Source: Chiloscyllium plagiosum (Eukaryota). Taken from it: 34,603 bases of DNA. The notes under the pieces were generated by a model. The model was not told the origin of the DNA, ran no database searches, and saw only the letters and a program-made list of their open reading frames with translations. Shown here piece by piece: positions 12,708-22,731 of the stretch; positions within the stretch are counted from its first letter, which is position 1, and each line of letters opens with the position of its first letter. The stretch is from NCBI RefSeq assembly GCF_004010195.1, contig NC_057746.1, positions 1,261,535 through 1,296,137 on the forward strand, given 5' to 3'. Made by a program: the position numbers and the translations under genes.

Positions 12708-15249
12708 CGAACGGATTGTGTAAGAGCCTTGAGTCCTCCACTATTGAGTTTAGAGGAATCGGGCAGCCAAACATGAGTATTTTATATCCATTTGGTTTTC
12801 CTCTCATTCAAGTCATGGTTGACTTGACGCCTGGCTGCTTATCATCTCAGTCCAGCCCGAGAAGGATGAGGCCTGGTAAGAATTCACTCTAAAAGAAAGG
12901 GGCTTGGACCCCAAGGAGTCAGGGATTCCAGAAAGTTGGGGACTTCCACTAACAGGTCAGGGACTTGTGAATAGAATCAGGGACTCTGATTCATTTGGAT
13001 TGGTGCTGTCTAAAGTGATTCCTAAATTGTTCTGCGAAAGACGAAGCAAAGGAGTATCGTGATATATTATAACGAAACTATCAAGGGTTTAGAATATCGA
13101 GAATGTTTTGCAGAAATTTTAGTCTTGTTGTTCCTTGAAGGGTTGTTGATTAGTGAATGTTTTAGGTCGGGATTATCTTCTCTATTATATCTGTTCAGCT
13201 TGGCTTGTCTTTCTTTGCTGCTTTGTCTTTTGTTCTGTTTGTTCTTTGTTTATGAAACATAGAGGGTGGTTGCTACTTTTGTCGTGCTAAAAAAAAGCTG
13301 GCCAGTGATACAATTCTTGCACATTTGGTTAAGCAGCTCTGTGCCACAGCCAGGATTTATGAGGGTAAAACTCCCTAACTTTGACTTCTGGAATGTGTGT
13401 GCGTGAGAGAGAGAGAGAGAGTGAGAGAGAATCAGTGCTGATTCCCTGCAGCTTGCAGAAAGTTTAACCCTTTCAGATTCGGTTTGGATGCACATTTGCT
13501 TGTTGGTGATTGAATGTTTGTGCTTTGTTCCCTGGAACTCAAGATCCGGGACTGTTTTGAATTTGATTTGCATTTTGGGAATTTAACACGATTTCTTTTA
13601 AGGTTAAGGATTCATCAGTGATTATGAAATTAAACATTAACCCCTGTTCTTCTTACAGTCCATGACTGCCCTACTGTCAATTTCTAACTAATCACTTTTA
13701 TGCTTACATGAAAACCAATCTTATTTAAGTTCAAATCAGTTTAATATGGAAGAAGGCGACATTATAATCTTTTAAAAAAAAGTCTTCTCCTTCAATTCTT
13801 CACCATTTGACATCAGTATAAACCTGCTCTCAAATTCCCCATAATTTCATGCTACTGCCAATGATCATTTTCACCCCTCTCACCTCTATGTGTTGGACTA
13901 ATGAAAGAATTGACTAAAGGAAGTAAAGCAGTAGCACTAAACCTGGGCCTCAGGTGCAGAAGCATTCTGTTCCAGGATGAGAGCAGGTCTCTGTTCAATT
14001 TTAGTTATAATATAAACCTAACATTGAGGAAAATCACTTCAGATTTTAAAATTTGCTCATTGAGTGGGGAATTGCATGAACCTTATTTAATTTAGTTAAA
14101 TTTTGCAAAACTGGAAGTATAAAGATAGATCCAAAATATCCTAAACCAACATCACTATATTTAGAAAATGATATTAGCAGATTTAATTTTTGATTCAGAC
14201 TTGTTTGCTTTCACTTAATTTTAAGACTGCTGTGTTTCATTGGTGATTATGGTGTGCCAGTCGTGGCTTTATTTGATATCAATTCCCCTCCCTCAATGCC
14301 AATTGAAGTTTCAGTTCAACATTAATCATGTAACAAAATTAATATCCTATGGTTAATATCTGTGTATTTGGATTCAGCCATTATTCATGCATTAGAAGTT
14401 TTTTTTTGTTATTATCTGAGTAGACAAGACCTTTTAAAGTAGCTGCAGTCATTTCACAGCCAATAGCATAGTAAATGAGCAATGACTGGTTTTAAGGAAC
14501 CTAATCTGGGATTCAAATTAAGGGACTAGAAACAGGTATTATAATGATTTCAGAGTTGGAAACTGCATACATTTTACATTTTAAATATTAAATACTGAAT
14601 AAATGAATTTCCAGTTTATATTGCTGACTTTTTAAATGTTTTAGTCACTTGTTCAGTTTCCACCTCTGAATTACAGATAATAATTAATTTTTTATATATA
14701 TAATCAATTGTATTAGCCCTGAATCACAAAATCAGAATGAATTGGCAGGATTGCTTTGTTTTATTCCTAGACACATTGTCAGTGACCTGTCTCATTGCTG
14801 CATGGTTAATTTGAAGCATAGTTGCATTAATTCATTGTTAACTAAAGAATGGGAGGATACCTTACTGGCCAGTAGAAGGAATTCTGCTTGTGATAGAGGT
14901 ATGTATAGCAGATGGAACTCCCAAAAGATGGGAGGTGACTGTGAATGGGTATATGAAAAATAAAAGGGACATGAGATAAAAAAATAATAAAAGGGACATG
15001 AGAAACAGTGAAAGGCCACTAAGTTTGAGGAATATAGAAACAGGATTAAAGCAACAACATTGTAAAATAAAGAACTTAGATTCTACTTGGAATCCCGAGC
15101 CTATGTCTGGCATACCAACCCTATTTGAGGATGGGAATTTTATTCTTGGATACCTGCTGAGCCCCTAACATCTCCTGATTGTCCCCAGCACGCCACCCAT
15201 TTATTACAAACCTTTCCTTCTTTTGAAAATTAAGCATCTAGCCTTTATA

Positions 15250-15945
15250 GCCAATATCATGGGGATGAATGACCTGCGCCATCCTAAATCGGGTCCCATC
15301 CCGGAAATTGGAGTAATGTTAATGAAGCATGCCCCTGACCGCAAGACCAAACTGGCCCAAATTGTTCAATATGTCCAAGGGTGATACGAATGTAAACGCA
15401 GCAAAATTCTGGGAGTAGCCTGAATACGAACGGCTTGTGTTACAAGACTGAAAGATATGGCTATCTGTCTGACGGAAGTGATATACAATTGAACAATAAT
15501 CAAGAAGCTCAATTAACTTTGTTTAACCTTATGTTTTTGCAAGTTTTCCTCCTGGTTCACTGACATGATCCTAGTCCAGGAATTTCCAGTCACAAATGAG
15601 GTGAGCAGTAGTTTTCTATTGGGATGGCCAGAACCAGACTGAACCACGATGCAAGTTACAGGTAAAACCGATTTTATCCAGCACCCTCACGATCCCAAAT
15701 GCCGTGTACCAGCCCCGATAGGGTTGCCTGGACCACTGGGGGTGGAACCTAACTCAGATGCCCACCCAGTGATCACTGCTGAGCAACCTTTTCCCGAGGG
15801 AACCCTGAAAATGGGGACAGACAGGCACCAGTTATTACACCTTTGAGACTGAGAACAAGACAGCAAAATCCCCCGGGGACAAATGGCTGGCTCTTGCTTT
15901 AACTGCGGAAATGTAGTCACTGGGGAGTGATGTGCCTTTAATGCT
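15250..15945 (+). pseudogene. gag: ERV gag remnant (capsid MHR-like segment and nucleocapsid CCHC knuckle)
   Basis: tgctttaactgcggaaatgtag-tcactgg encodes CFNCGNV(G)HW at ~15895. KTKLAQIVQYVQG*YE at ~15345 resembles the gammaretroviral CA major homology region. Confidence 0.65.
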
Positions 15946-15984
15946 ACCTTGGAACTAACATGGGGAATTGACATGCTTGCGTCT

Positions 15985-16225
15985 AGCAAAAGGAAGATCT
16001 ACTAATATACACTGACTCTTCGATGTGCTGTTGGTGTGATCTATGATTAGGGACCCTTGTGGGAACATAGAGGATTTTTAACTCCCACTGGGTGGCATTA
16101 TACAAATGCTGTTTTGTCCAATCAGTCTGGCAGTTATCAAGATGTTCGACTCACGCTGAGGCAACTGATACAGTTTCCAAAGTAATGGGCAAGTGGATGC
16201 TGCTGCCAAGCAGGCAGCCTTACAC
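15985..16225 (+). pseudogene. pol: ERV pol remnant, RNase H domain only
   Basis: Frameshifted NI(Y)TDS..AVGVIYD*GPLWEHRGFLTPTG and NGQVDAAAKQAA. PR and RT are deleted between gag and RNase H. Confidence 0.8.
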
Positions 16226-16252
16226 CCAAACCTCTGGTCCCATTGCATCCCC

Positions 16253-16314
16253 AGCAAAACCCGGATAGAGACAGCATAAGGACAGGTATGCCAAACCTGG
16301 GTAAGGTACAGAAA
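16253..16314 (-). repeat. 62-bp inverted copy of 17322-17383
   Basis: Reverse complement matches with 2 mismatches. Confidence 0.93.
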
Positions 16315-16315
16315 C

Positions 16316-16490
16316 GAGCTGAAAATGTGTTGCTGGAAAAGCGCAGCAGGTCAGGCAGCATCCAAGGAACAGGAGAATCAACGTTTCGGGCATAAGCCCT
16401 TCTTTCGGGCTTATGCCCGAAACGTCGATTCTCCTGTTCCCTAGATGCTGCCTGACCTGCTGCGCTTCTCCAGCAACACATTTCCATCTC
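16316..16490. mobile_element. Two PLE-derived mini-elements head-to-head, forming a ~85-bp-arm palindrome
   Basis: 16316-16403 is the reverse complement of 16407-16490. Both match the element at 25642-25765. Confidence 0.9.
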
Positions 16491-17105
16491 ATATAAACAT
16501 TGCCTGATCGGGGTTTGTTTGTTACTAGTTCACTGGCCACTTGGGTGTTTTCCTGACGGTGGAAAAAAAGAAAAAAATATTTTTGGCAATTTAAAAACAC
16601 AGTAGATTCAGAGTCTCCATAGATCAGGGGACTGGCTGCAAGCTACTGTGCACAAGTAAATAAAGGGGGACTTGGTCTCGGGATACTAGCATCTGTGCAG
16701 TTATTTCACAAAAAAAGACACATGGAGAAAGAAGCACAGTTAAGGGATAACTAAAATAATAAAACTAGTCAGTGGTTTTCATGATGCCTTGTTCCACAGG
16801 AACAGATGATGGCTTCTTGGTTGACTTTCTGAAGACATCATCAAAGCCACCTTTCCAGTTCACTCTGAAGTAATACTTAATTTCTATTATCTGAACTTCC
16901 AATAGCTGACAATGGGACGTTAGGCAGGAAGCTTTCAAATCTTCATGCTCTAACATCAATAGCCTAACTGTTTCTCACAAAAGCACAGTCCAAACCTGTG
17001 ACCTCTCCCTGTCAGATTGACCATCTCCCTGTAAGGTCCCAGGTACCATTCAAAACACTTACTTGGCAGAGAGACTGAGCAGGAAATAAAAATCAAGTCT
17101 GAGTC
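16489..17105 (+). repeat. ~617-bp direct duplicate of 19527-20146 (DNA downstream of the ERV)
   Basis: Both run tcatataaacattgcc...aatcaagtctgagtc and share an identical 64-aa minus-strand ORF. Confidence 0.95.
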
Positions 17106-17380
17106 GGCTGGAGGCCGCGGCGTGTCCTTTGTAACAGAGTATAAACTATTTCTTCCTTGCGCAAGTGTGTACAAAATACACATAATCAACTAAAATAGGC
17201 AGCAGCAAAGAAGGAACACAAATTTGTCCAAAGGAGTTCACCCACATTTTGGTTTGAGTGTTAAGGGAGTACCCTATTTGAGGCCATAGTTTGTGCTCTT
17301 CAGCAGGGGCTTTCCCTGTGATTTCTGTACCTTACCCAGGTCTGGCATACCTGTCCTTATACTGTCTCTATCCGGGTTTT

Positions 17381-17495
17381 GCTTATGCCCGAAACATCAA
17401 TTCTCCTGTTCCCTGGACGCTGCCTGACCTGCTGCGCTGTTCCAGCAACACATTTTCAGCTCTGATCTCCACCATCTGCAGACCTCACTTTCTCC
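17381..17495 (+). mobile_element. PLE-derived mini-element (5'-truncated within the hammerhead)
   Basis: gcttatgcccgaaac...ctgatctccaccatctgcagacctcactttctcc. Confidence 0.88.
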
Positions 17496-17496
17496 C

Positions 17497-18087
17497 GTTT
17501 GCATGGATTACCCATGTTCAGAGAAGTCACAAAGGCAGGCCTGCTTCTTATTGGGAAGCCCCCTCCATTATCTGTACTAAACCCAGTTCTGCAGGAATTA
17601 TTAGCCGTCAAAACCAAAATTATCTCATTTGCGGCCTCACCCTCTTGGGCAACGAGACAGCCTTGGCCTTAGCAGGAAAGAAGGACGTGTTTTCAAAATT
17701 ATGCCGATTTTCACAACAAAACCGGTACGCCCTCAACCACCTACTCGTAAAAGAGGGTGGGGTTTGCGCCATTGTTAAAGGCAAATGCATGATGGGGGTC
17801 ACTGACCTCATTGAGAATATTACCAGGCATGTAGATAACACCCACACCTTTATCAGTCAAATGACAGAAGGCACTGGATGGGGAGATTGGGATTTGGCTC
17901 ATGGTACAATTGGTTGATAAATCTGGTATTTATTGGTATTGTTTTAGTTTGTCTCTTTGTTCATATTGCTATTGTTTATTGTATTATTGCTAAACTAATA
18001 ACTGCTGTTGACAGCATCGATTCCCCCCAAAAAATGCTTATTCTGTGTGAGAGACGATTTTGGTACAAACAATTGAGATGTGCATGA
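17497..18087 (+). pseudogene. env: Retroviral env TM remnant (gamma-type)
   Basis: Immunosuppressive-domain motif QQNRYALNHLLVKEGGVC, CX6C (CAIVKGKC), heptad region, and, after a frameshift near 17890, the hydrophobic TM WLINLVFIGIVLVCLFVHIAIVYCII. Confidence 0.88.
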
Positions 18088-18106
18088 CCCCAAAGTCTAA
18101 GGGGAA

Positions 18107-18494
18107 TAGAGCCATAGGGGTAGGGTAAAACATGCTTCTCTATAATAAAGGACGAGACATCTGCTGCTACGGATTGATAAGACCACTCACATAGACAGAG
18201 TAGAAAAACAAGTCCTTGACTGATAAGACTACAGGGGAGAAAAACAACTCGGGAAACGTCTGCTGCAGACTTTGTGATAAGGGATGGAAAAATACTGACT
18301 GTTTAGAATGTGAACCTCGTGACTCTTTAGAGCTATAGAGGGGAGGGACTTGTCCTGTATTTAATCAGAAACATTGTTAGCCTCGGGGCGCCTTTTTCTC
18401 AGAAGGGTGCCCAACTCTGCAGACTTGCTAATAAAACTTTGTTTTCCTGAATTTGTCTAGAGCGATTATTGAGAAGCGATTTTCGTTTCTAACA
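18107..18494 (+). repeat. LTR of a second, unrelated ERV directly after env
   Basis: PPT aaggggaa at 18099-18106, three TGATAAG motifs, tatttaa at ~18358, AATAAA at 18430, and a tctaaca end (start taga is consistent with an eroded tgttaga). No similarity to the 12054/18656 LTRs. Confidence 0.7.
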
Positions 18495-18655
18495 TTCTGC
18501 AACCAAATGAAGTTGAGGAGGTGCAATTGCCTACCCCTACTTCCTCCCTGGAGGAGAAGGAAGTATAGCAGTCTCTGGTATCCATTTGATTAAACTGATC
18601 TAATCTATGCCCTCCCATCCTATGGCATGGTCATGGAATGACCAAAGCGAGGAGA

Positions 18656-19214
18656 TGAGGATCTGAAATCTGAATACAGGCTGTTGTCAGGAACAACCAT
18701 TTAATAGATGCTCTTACTAACATAGGCAGCAATAAAATGGCTTCTTAATGCAAATAACATAAAATGGCTTCTAGGCTGCAAATTGACAATTCTGCTTAAA
18801 GCTGCTAAAAGCTGCATTCCTGAACTAACCATAGTGTACCTCAACAAAGATTAGCAGATAATTCTTCCCTTATAGCATAGAAATAACTAGACTAGATCAG
18901 ACATTCCTAACCATCCTAAATGTACTTGCAAGTGCAGGTGCAAAGAATAGTTTCGCGAGATAGGGGTGCTTGGGATGTAGAAAGTAAGGTTGGTTCCCAG
19001 GAAGTATCATTGTGCTAAGTTGCTGTCAATAAAGTCATTTATTAAAATTGATTGGTAATTGTCTGAATGTGCTCTGCATGATGTCCTGGACTTCTCTCAA
19101 AGAATGTATAAAAATGTCTTTGTCTTAAGCCATGTGCGCAGTTTTACCAAGGAACACGGAAGTCCAATCGCGTAACCAAGACACGAGCCCCCCATCCCCG
19201 CGTCCAGATCTTCA
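18656..19214 (+). repeat. ERV 3' LTR
   Basis: Follows a PPT. U3 is near-identical to the 5' LTR, R/U5 is divergent and shorter, and it ends cagatcttca. Confidence 0.92.
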
Positions 19215-19290
19215 TAGGTTAGATGGGCTTCAGATTGGTTTCACGCAACATCCAGGGTCAAAGCTTCCGTACTGTGCTGTAATGTTGTAC
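19215..19290 (+). mobile_element. Remainder of the CR1 3' UTR split by the ERV
   Basis: taggttagatgggcttcagattgg...gtactgtgctgtaatgtt continues the UTR ending at 12053. Confidence 0.75.
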
Positions 19291-19292
19291 GA

Positions 19293-19617
19293 TCCCCAGT
19301 AGAGGGCACTCTACTTGGGAGTGCTCCCTCTTTCCCTTGGGGCTCTGGGGTGGAGGGTGTCTGCAGCTATGTTTGGGCTCAGGCGTCCTTGGAGAAGGAG
19401 CAAACGCTGTATGCCAGTGCCCTCAATGCTTTTCAGGAAAGGTGGGTATTGCAGAGGTGGAGTGCTTTATTACCCTCACAAACTCTATTTTGATGTAATC
19501 CCTATTTCCCCCCACCTTTACTTACTTCATATAAACATTGCCCCGATCGGTGTTTGTTTGTTACTAGTTCACTGGCCACTTGGGTGTTTTCCTGACGGTG
19601 GGAAGAAAAGTAAAAAA
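19293..19617 (+). mobile_element. Probable 3' end of the Tx1 element
   Basis: GC-rich segment encoding AQASLEKEQ..A..LNAFRK.W, similar to the Tx1 ORF2 C-terminus, then a 3' UTR ending in A-rich gaagaaaagtaaaaaa. Confidence 0.6.
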
Positions 19618-20436
19618 TATTTTTGGCAATTAAAAACACAGTAGATTCAGAGTCTCCTTAGATCAGGGGACTGACTGCAAGCTACTGTGCGCAAGTAAAT
19701 AAAGGGGGACTTGGTCTCTGGATACTAGCATCTGTGCAGTTATTTCACACAAAAAAAGACACATGGAGAAAGAAGCACAGTTAAGGGATAACTAAAATAA
19801 TAAAACTAGTCAGTGGTTTTCATGATGCCTTGTTCCACAGGAACAGATGATGGCTTCTTGGTTGACTTTCTGAAGACATCATCAAAGCCACCTTTCCAGT
19901 TCACTCTGAAGTAATACTTAATTTCTATTATCTGAACTTCCAATAGCTGACAATGGGACGTTAGGCAGGAAGCTTTCAAATCTTCATGCTCTAACATCAA
20001 TAGCCTAACTGTTTCTCACAAAAGCACAGTCCAAACCTGTGACCTCTCCCTGTCAGATTGACCATCTCCCTGTAAGGTCCCAGGTACCATTCAAAACACT
20101 TACTTGGCAGAGAGACTGAGCAGGAAATAAAAATCAAGTCTGAGTCTCAAGGCTTGCACACTGACCTGGGAGAGTGGAGTTGAAAGGAAGAGAGAGACAA
20201 AGAGGGAAAGAGAGGAGCCAATGTGGGAGGAGACTCAGGGATCAGAAACAATGAAAGAAATGTAAAATGAAACAAGAGATTAAAGGGTTTAAAAATAATT
20301 TAATGAAATAACTTGCACAGCAATATTTAATAGCACACAATTGCAAACTTTTAGCTGTAGATGAATTGAAAGGATATAAAACTGTTGGTTAATCAGCACA
20401 TGGGACTATTTCTTCTAGGAACTAACTTTTAGCTAG

Positions 20437-21055
20437 TGTTCTGGACTAGGCCCGACCCCTCAGAACATTTCAGGAAGATAGATCAAACCCTAACTTTGCT
20501 AGTTGCTTTAAGCAAGTGTACAGTGGATATTCCAGGAGAAATACTGCTGATCAAACCACGTAGTTTTAAGCAAAACAGAATTTATTTATAAGATTACGGA
20601 ATGAAACACAAACAACAGAAAACAGAGTACTGAATAACTTAGCCTCTTTGAAAATCCAACAGTTCATCCCAACTTAATGATGCTATTCTAAATACTTGCA
20701 ACAATCCCCATAAATATCCCTTGGCACAAAAGGTAAAATCAAACACAGATTGTTACAGGATAGGAATCAGAGAGAGAGAGTACCATCTTGGATCTGCTTC
20801 TTTGGGTCCAGCAGCTTTACTTCACACTACTGCTTTAAAAAAACCAAACCAGAGAAAAGCTGAGCAGGGAGAACTGGCCACTCCACTTTCATTGTACAAG
20901 TACATTGTATATTTTAAACTTGAATGCCTTCTACCTAAGGCAGTATCTGTTAACTATTATCAAATTTGGCCCTAAACCCTTCAAACCCCAGACTTTTCAG
21001 AGTCCGTGTCATTTATAACTTCTCTGGAAAAAAAAAAGTGGAGAGCTTTGTCACA
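20437..21055 (-). mobile_element. Solo LTR (619 bp) with 4-bp TSD
   Basis: TG...CA termini, perfect CTAG direct repeat at 20433-20436 and 21056-21059, AATAAA on the minus strand near 20581. Confidence 0.8.
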
Positions 21056-21332
21056 CTAGATAGCAAAGGAATAATAAGATATGCTCACAGTCAAACAAAG
21101 ATTTTTTTTTAAATTCCAGAACTTCAAACACTATTACAAATCAGGATGCTGTGTTTCAGGGGCACGCTGAGTTTTTCAAATCTGGCCAGTCATCAGGGAG
21201 AGAAGGTGTGACTACAAGTGCAGCAGGTAGAGGGATCTTGAATTTAGCATTGAAGGAGCCTTAACACTTGAATTTTTATGAGATACACGCTCCCTGTGTG
21301 AATGGGAAAAAGGACCGAAAGAAGGATGGGCA

Positions 21333-21832
21333 NNNNNNNNNNNNNNNNNNNNNNNNNNNNNNNNNNNNNNNNNNNNNNNNNNNNNNNNNNNNNNNNNNNN
21401 NNNNNNNNNNNNNNNNNNNNNNNNNNNNNNNNNNNNNNNNNNNNNNNNNNNNNNNNNNNNNNNNNNNNNNNNNNNNNNNNNNNNNNNNNNNNNNNNNNNN
21501 NNNNNNNNNNNNNNNNNNNNNNNNNNNNNNNNNNNNNNNNNNNNNNNNNNNNNNNNNNNNNNNNNNNNNNNNNNNNNNNNNNNNNNNNNNNNNNNNNNNN
21601 NNNNNNNNNNNNNNNNNNNNNNNNNNNNNNNNNNNNNNNNNNNNNNNNNNNNNNNNNNNNNNNNNNNNNNNNNNNNNNNNNNNNNNNNNNNNNNNNNNNN
21701 NNNNNNNNNNNNNNNNNNNNNNNNNNNNNNNNNNNNNNNNNNNNNNNNNNNNNNNNNNNNNNNNNNNNNNNNNNNNNNNNNNNNNNNNNNNNNNNNNNNN
21801 NNNNNNNNNNNNNNNNNNNNNNNNNNNNNNNN
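21333..21832. other. Assembly gap (500 N)
   Basis: N run. Confidence 1.
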
Positions 21833-21866
21833 GTGAAAGGGTTCAGAAAAGATTTATAAGTTTGAA

Positions 21867-21905
21867 AACACAAACTTTCGGAGCACTGCTCCTTCATCAG
21901 GTGTT
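21867..21905 (-). ncRNA. Minimal type-I hammerhead ribozyme motif (PLE)
   Basis: Minus strand reads AACAC CUGAUGA A GGAGC-AGU-GCUCC GAAA GUUU GUGUU: 5-bp stem I, 5-bp stem II and an intact core. Confidence 0.72.
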
Positions 21906-21962
21906 AGTGAGAGAGGAGGACTTCAGACACAGAATTTATAAGGAAAAGATCAAGGGATCGTA

Positions 21963-22277
21963 AGATTACTCTATGATTAGATTACTTAGAGTGTGGAAAC
22001 AGGCCCTTCAGCCCAACAAGTCCACACCAACCCGCAACCCACCCAGACCCATTCCCCTACATTTACTCCTTCACCTAACACCACGGGCAATTTAGCATGG
22101 CCAATTCACCTAACCTGCACATATTTTTTGGACTGTGGGAGGAAACCAGAGCACCCAGAGGAAACCCACGCAGACACGGGGAGAACGTGCAAACTCCACA
22201 CAGTCAGTCGCCTGAGGTGGGAATTGAACCCGGGTCTCTGGCGCTGTGAGGCAGCAGTGCTAACCACTGTGCCACCC
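21963..22277 (-). mobile_element. HE1-type tRNA-derived shark SINE
   Basis: Minus-strand head gggtggcacagtggttagcactgctgcctcacagcgcc...gggttcaattccc (A and B boxes), CR1-like tail with taatc repeats. Confidence 0.88.
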
Positions 22278-22282
22278 ATAAA

Positions 22283-22629
22283 ATTAGAATTAGAATCCCT
22301 GCAGTGTGAAAACAGGTCCTTTAGCCCAACAAGTCCACATCAACCATCTGAAGAATATTCCACCCAAACCCATTCCCCTACCTTATTACTCAACATTTAC
22401 ACCTGGCTTATACACATAACCTACACATTCCTGAACACTGTGGACAATTTAGCATGGCTAATTCACCTAACCTGCACATCTTTGTGACTGTGAGAGGAAA
22501 CCGGAGCGAACCCATGCAGACACGGGGAGAACGTGCAAACTCCACACAGACAATTGCCTGAGGCTAGAATCGAACCAGGGTCCCTGGCCCTGTGAGGCAG
22601 CAGTGCTAACCACTGAGCCACCGTGCCAC
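22283..22629 (-). mobile_element. HE1-type SINE (second, tandem copy)
   Basis: Same tRNA-like head (ggcacggtggctcagtggttagc; ggttcgattc) and body. Confidence 0.88.
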
Positions 22630-22699
22630 AATAACTTAAGGTATTATCAATATAAAAGGAGGTGACGACACTGGTCAGACAACGTCCAGCCAGCCATCA

Positions 22700-22731
22700 G
22701 GTCTTGGTCTTGGTCTTGGTCTTGGTCTTGG
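22700..22731. repeat. (GGTCTT)5 microsatellite
   Basis: Direct reading. Confidence 0.9.

Larger units (their letters stand above)
12054..19214 (+). mobile_element. Defective endogenous retrovirus (epsilon/gamma-like) with two LTRs
   Basis: LTRs with tgaggatctg...cagatcttca inverted ends, imperfect 4-bp TSD taga/tagg splitting a CR1 3' UTR, PBS, PPT (aaagcgaggaga before 18656), and gag and RNase H remnants. Confidence 0.9.

Noticed and set aside
16765-16959. Identical 64-aa ORF present twice (also 19806-20000)
   Set aside because: It simply reflects the recent duplication, and I recognise no domain.
17291-17917. 208-aa ORF as a domesticated env (syncytin-like)
   Set aside because: The N-terminus derives from an inserted repeat, there is no signal peptide or clear furin site, and the TM anchor is frameshifted.
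22215-22277. tRNA genes
   Set aside because: The A/B-box sequences are tRNA-derived SINE heads, not complete cloverleaves.
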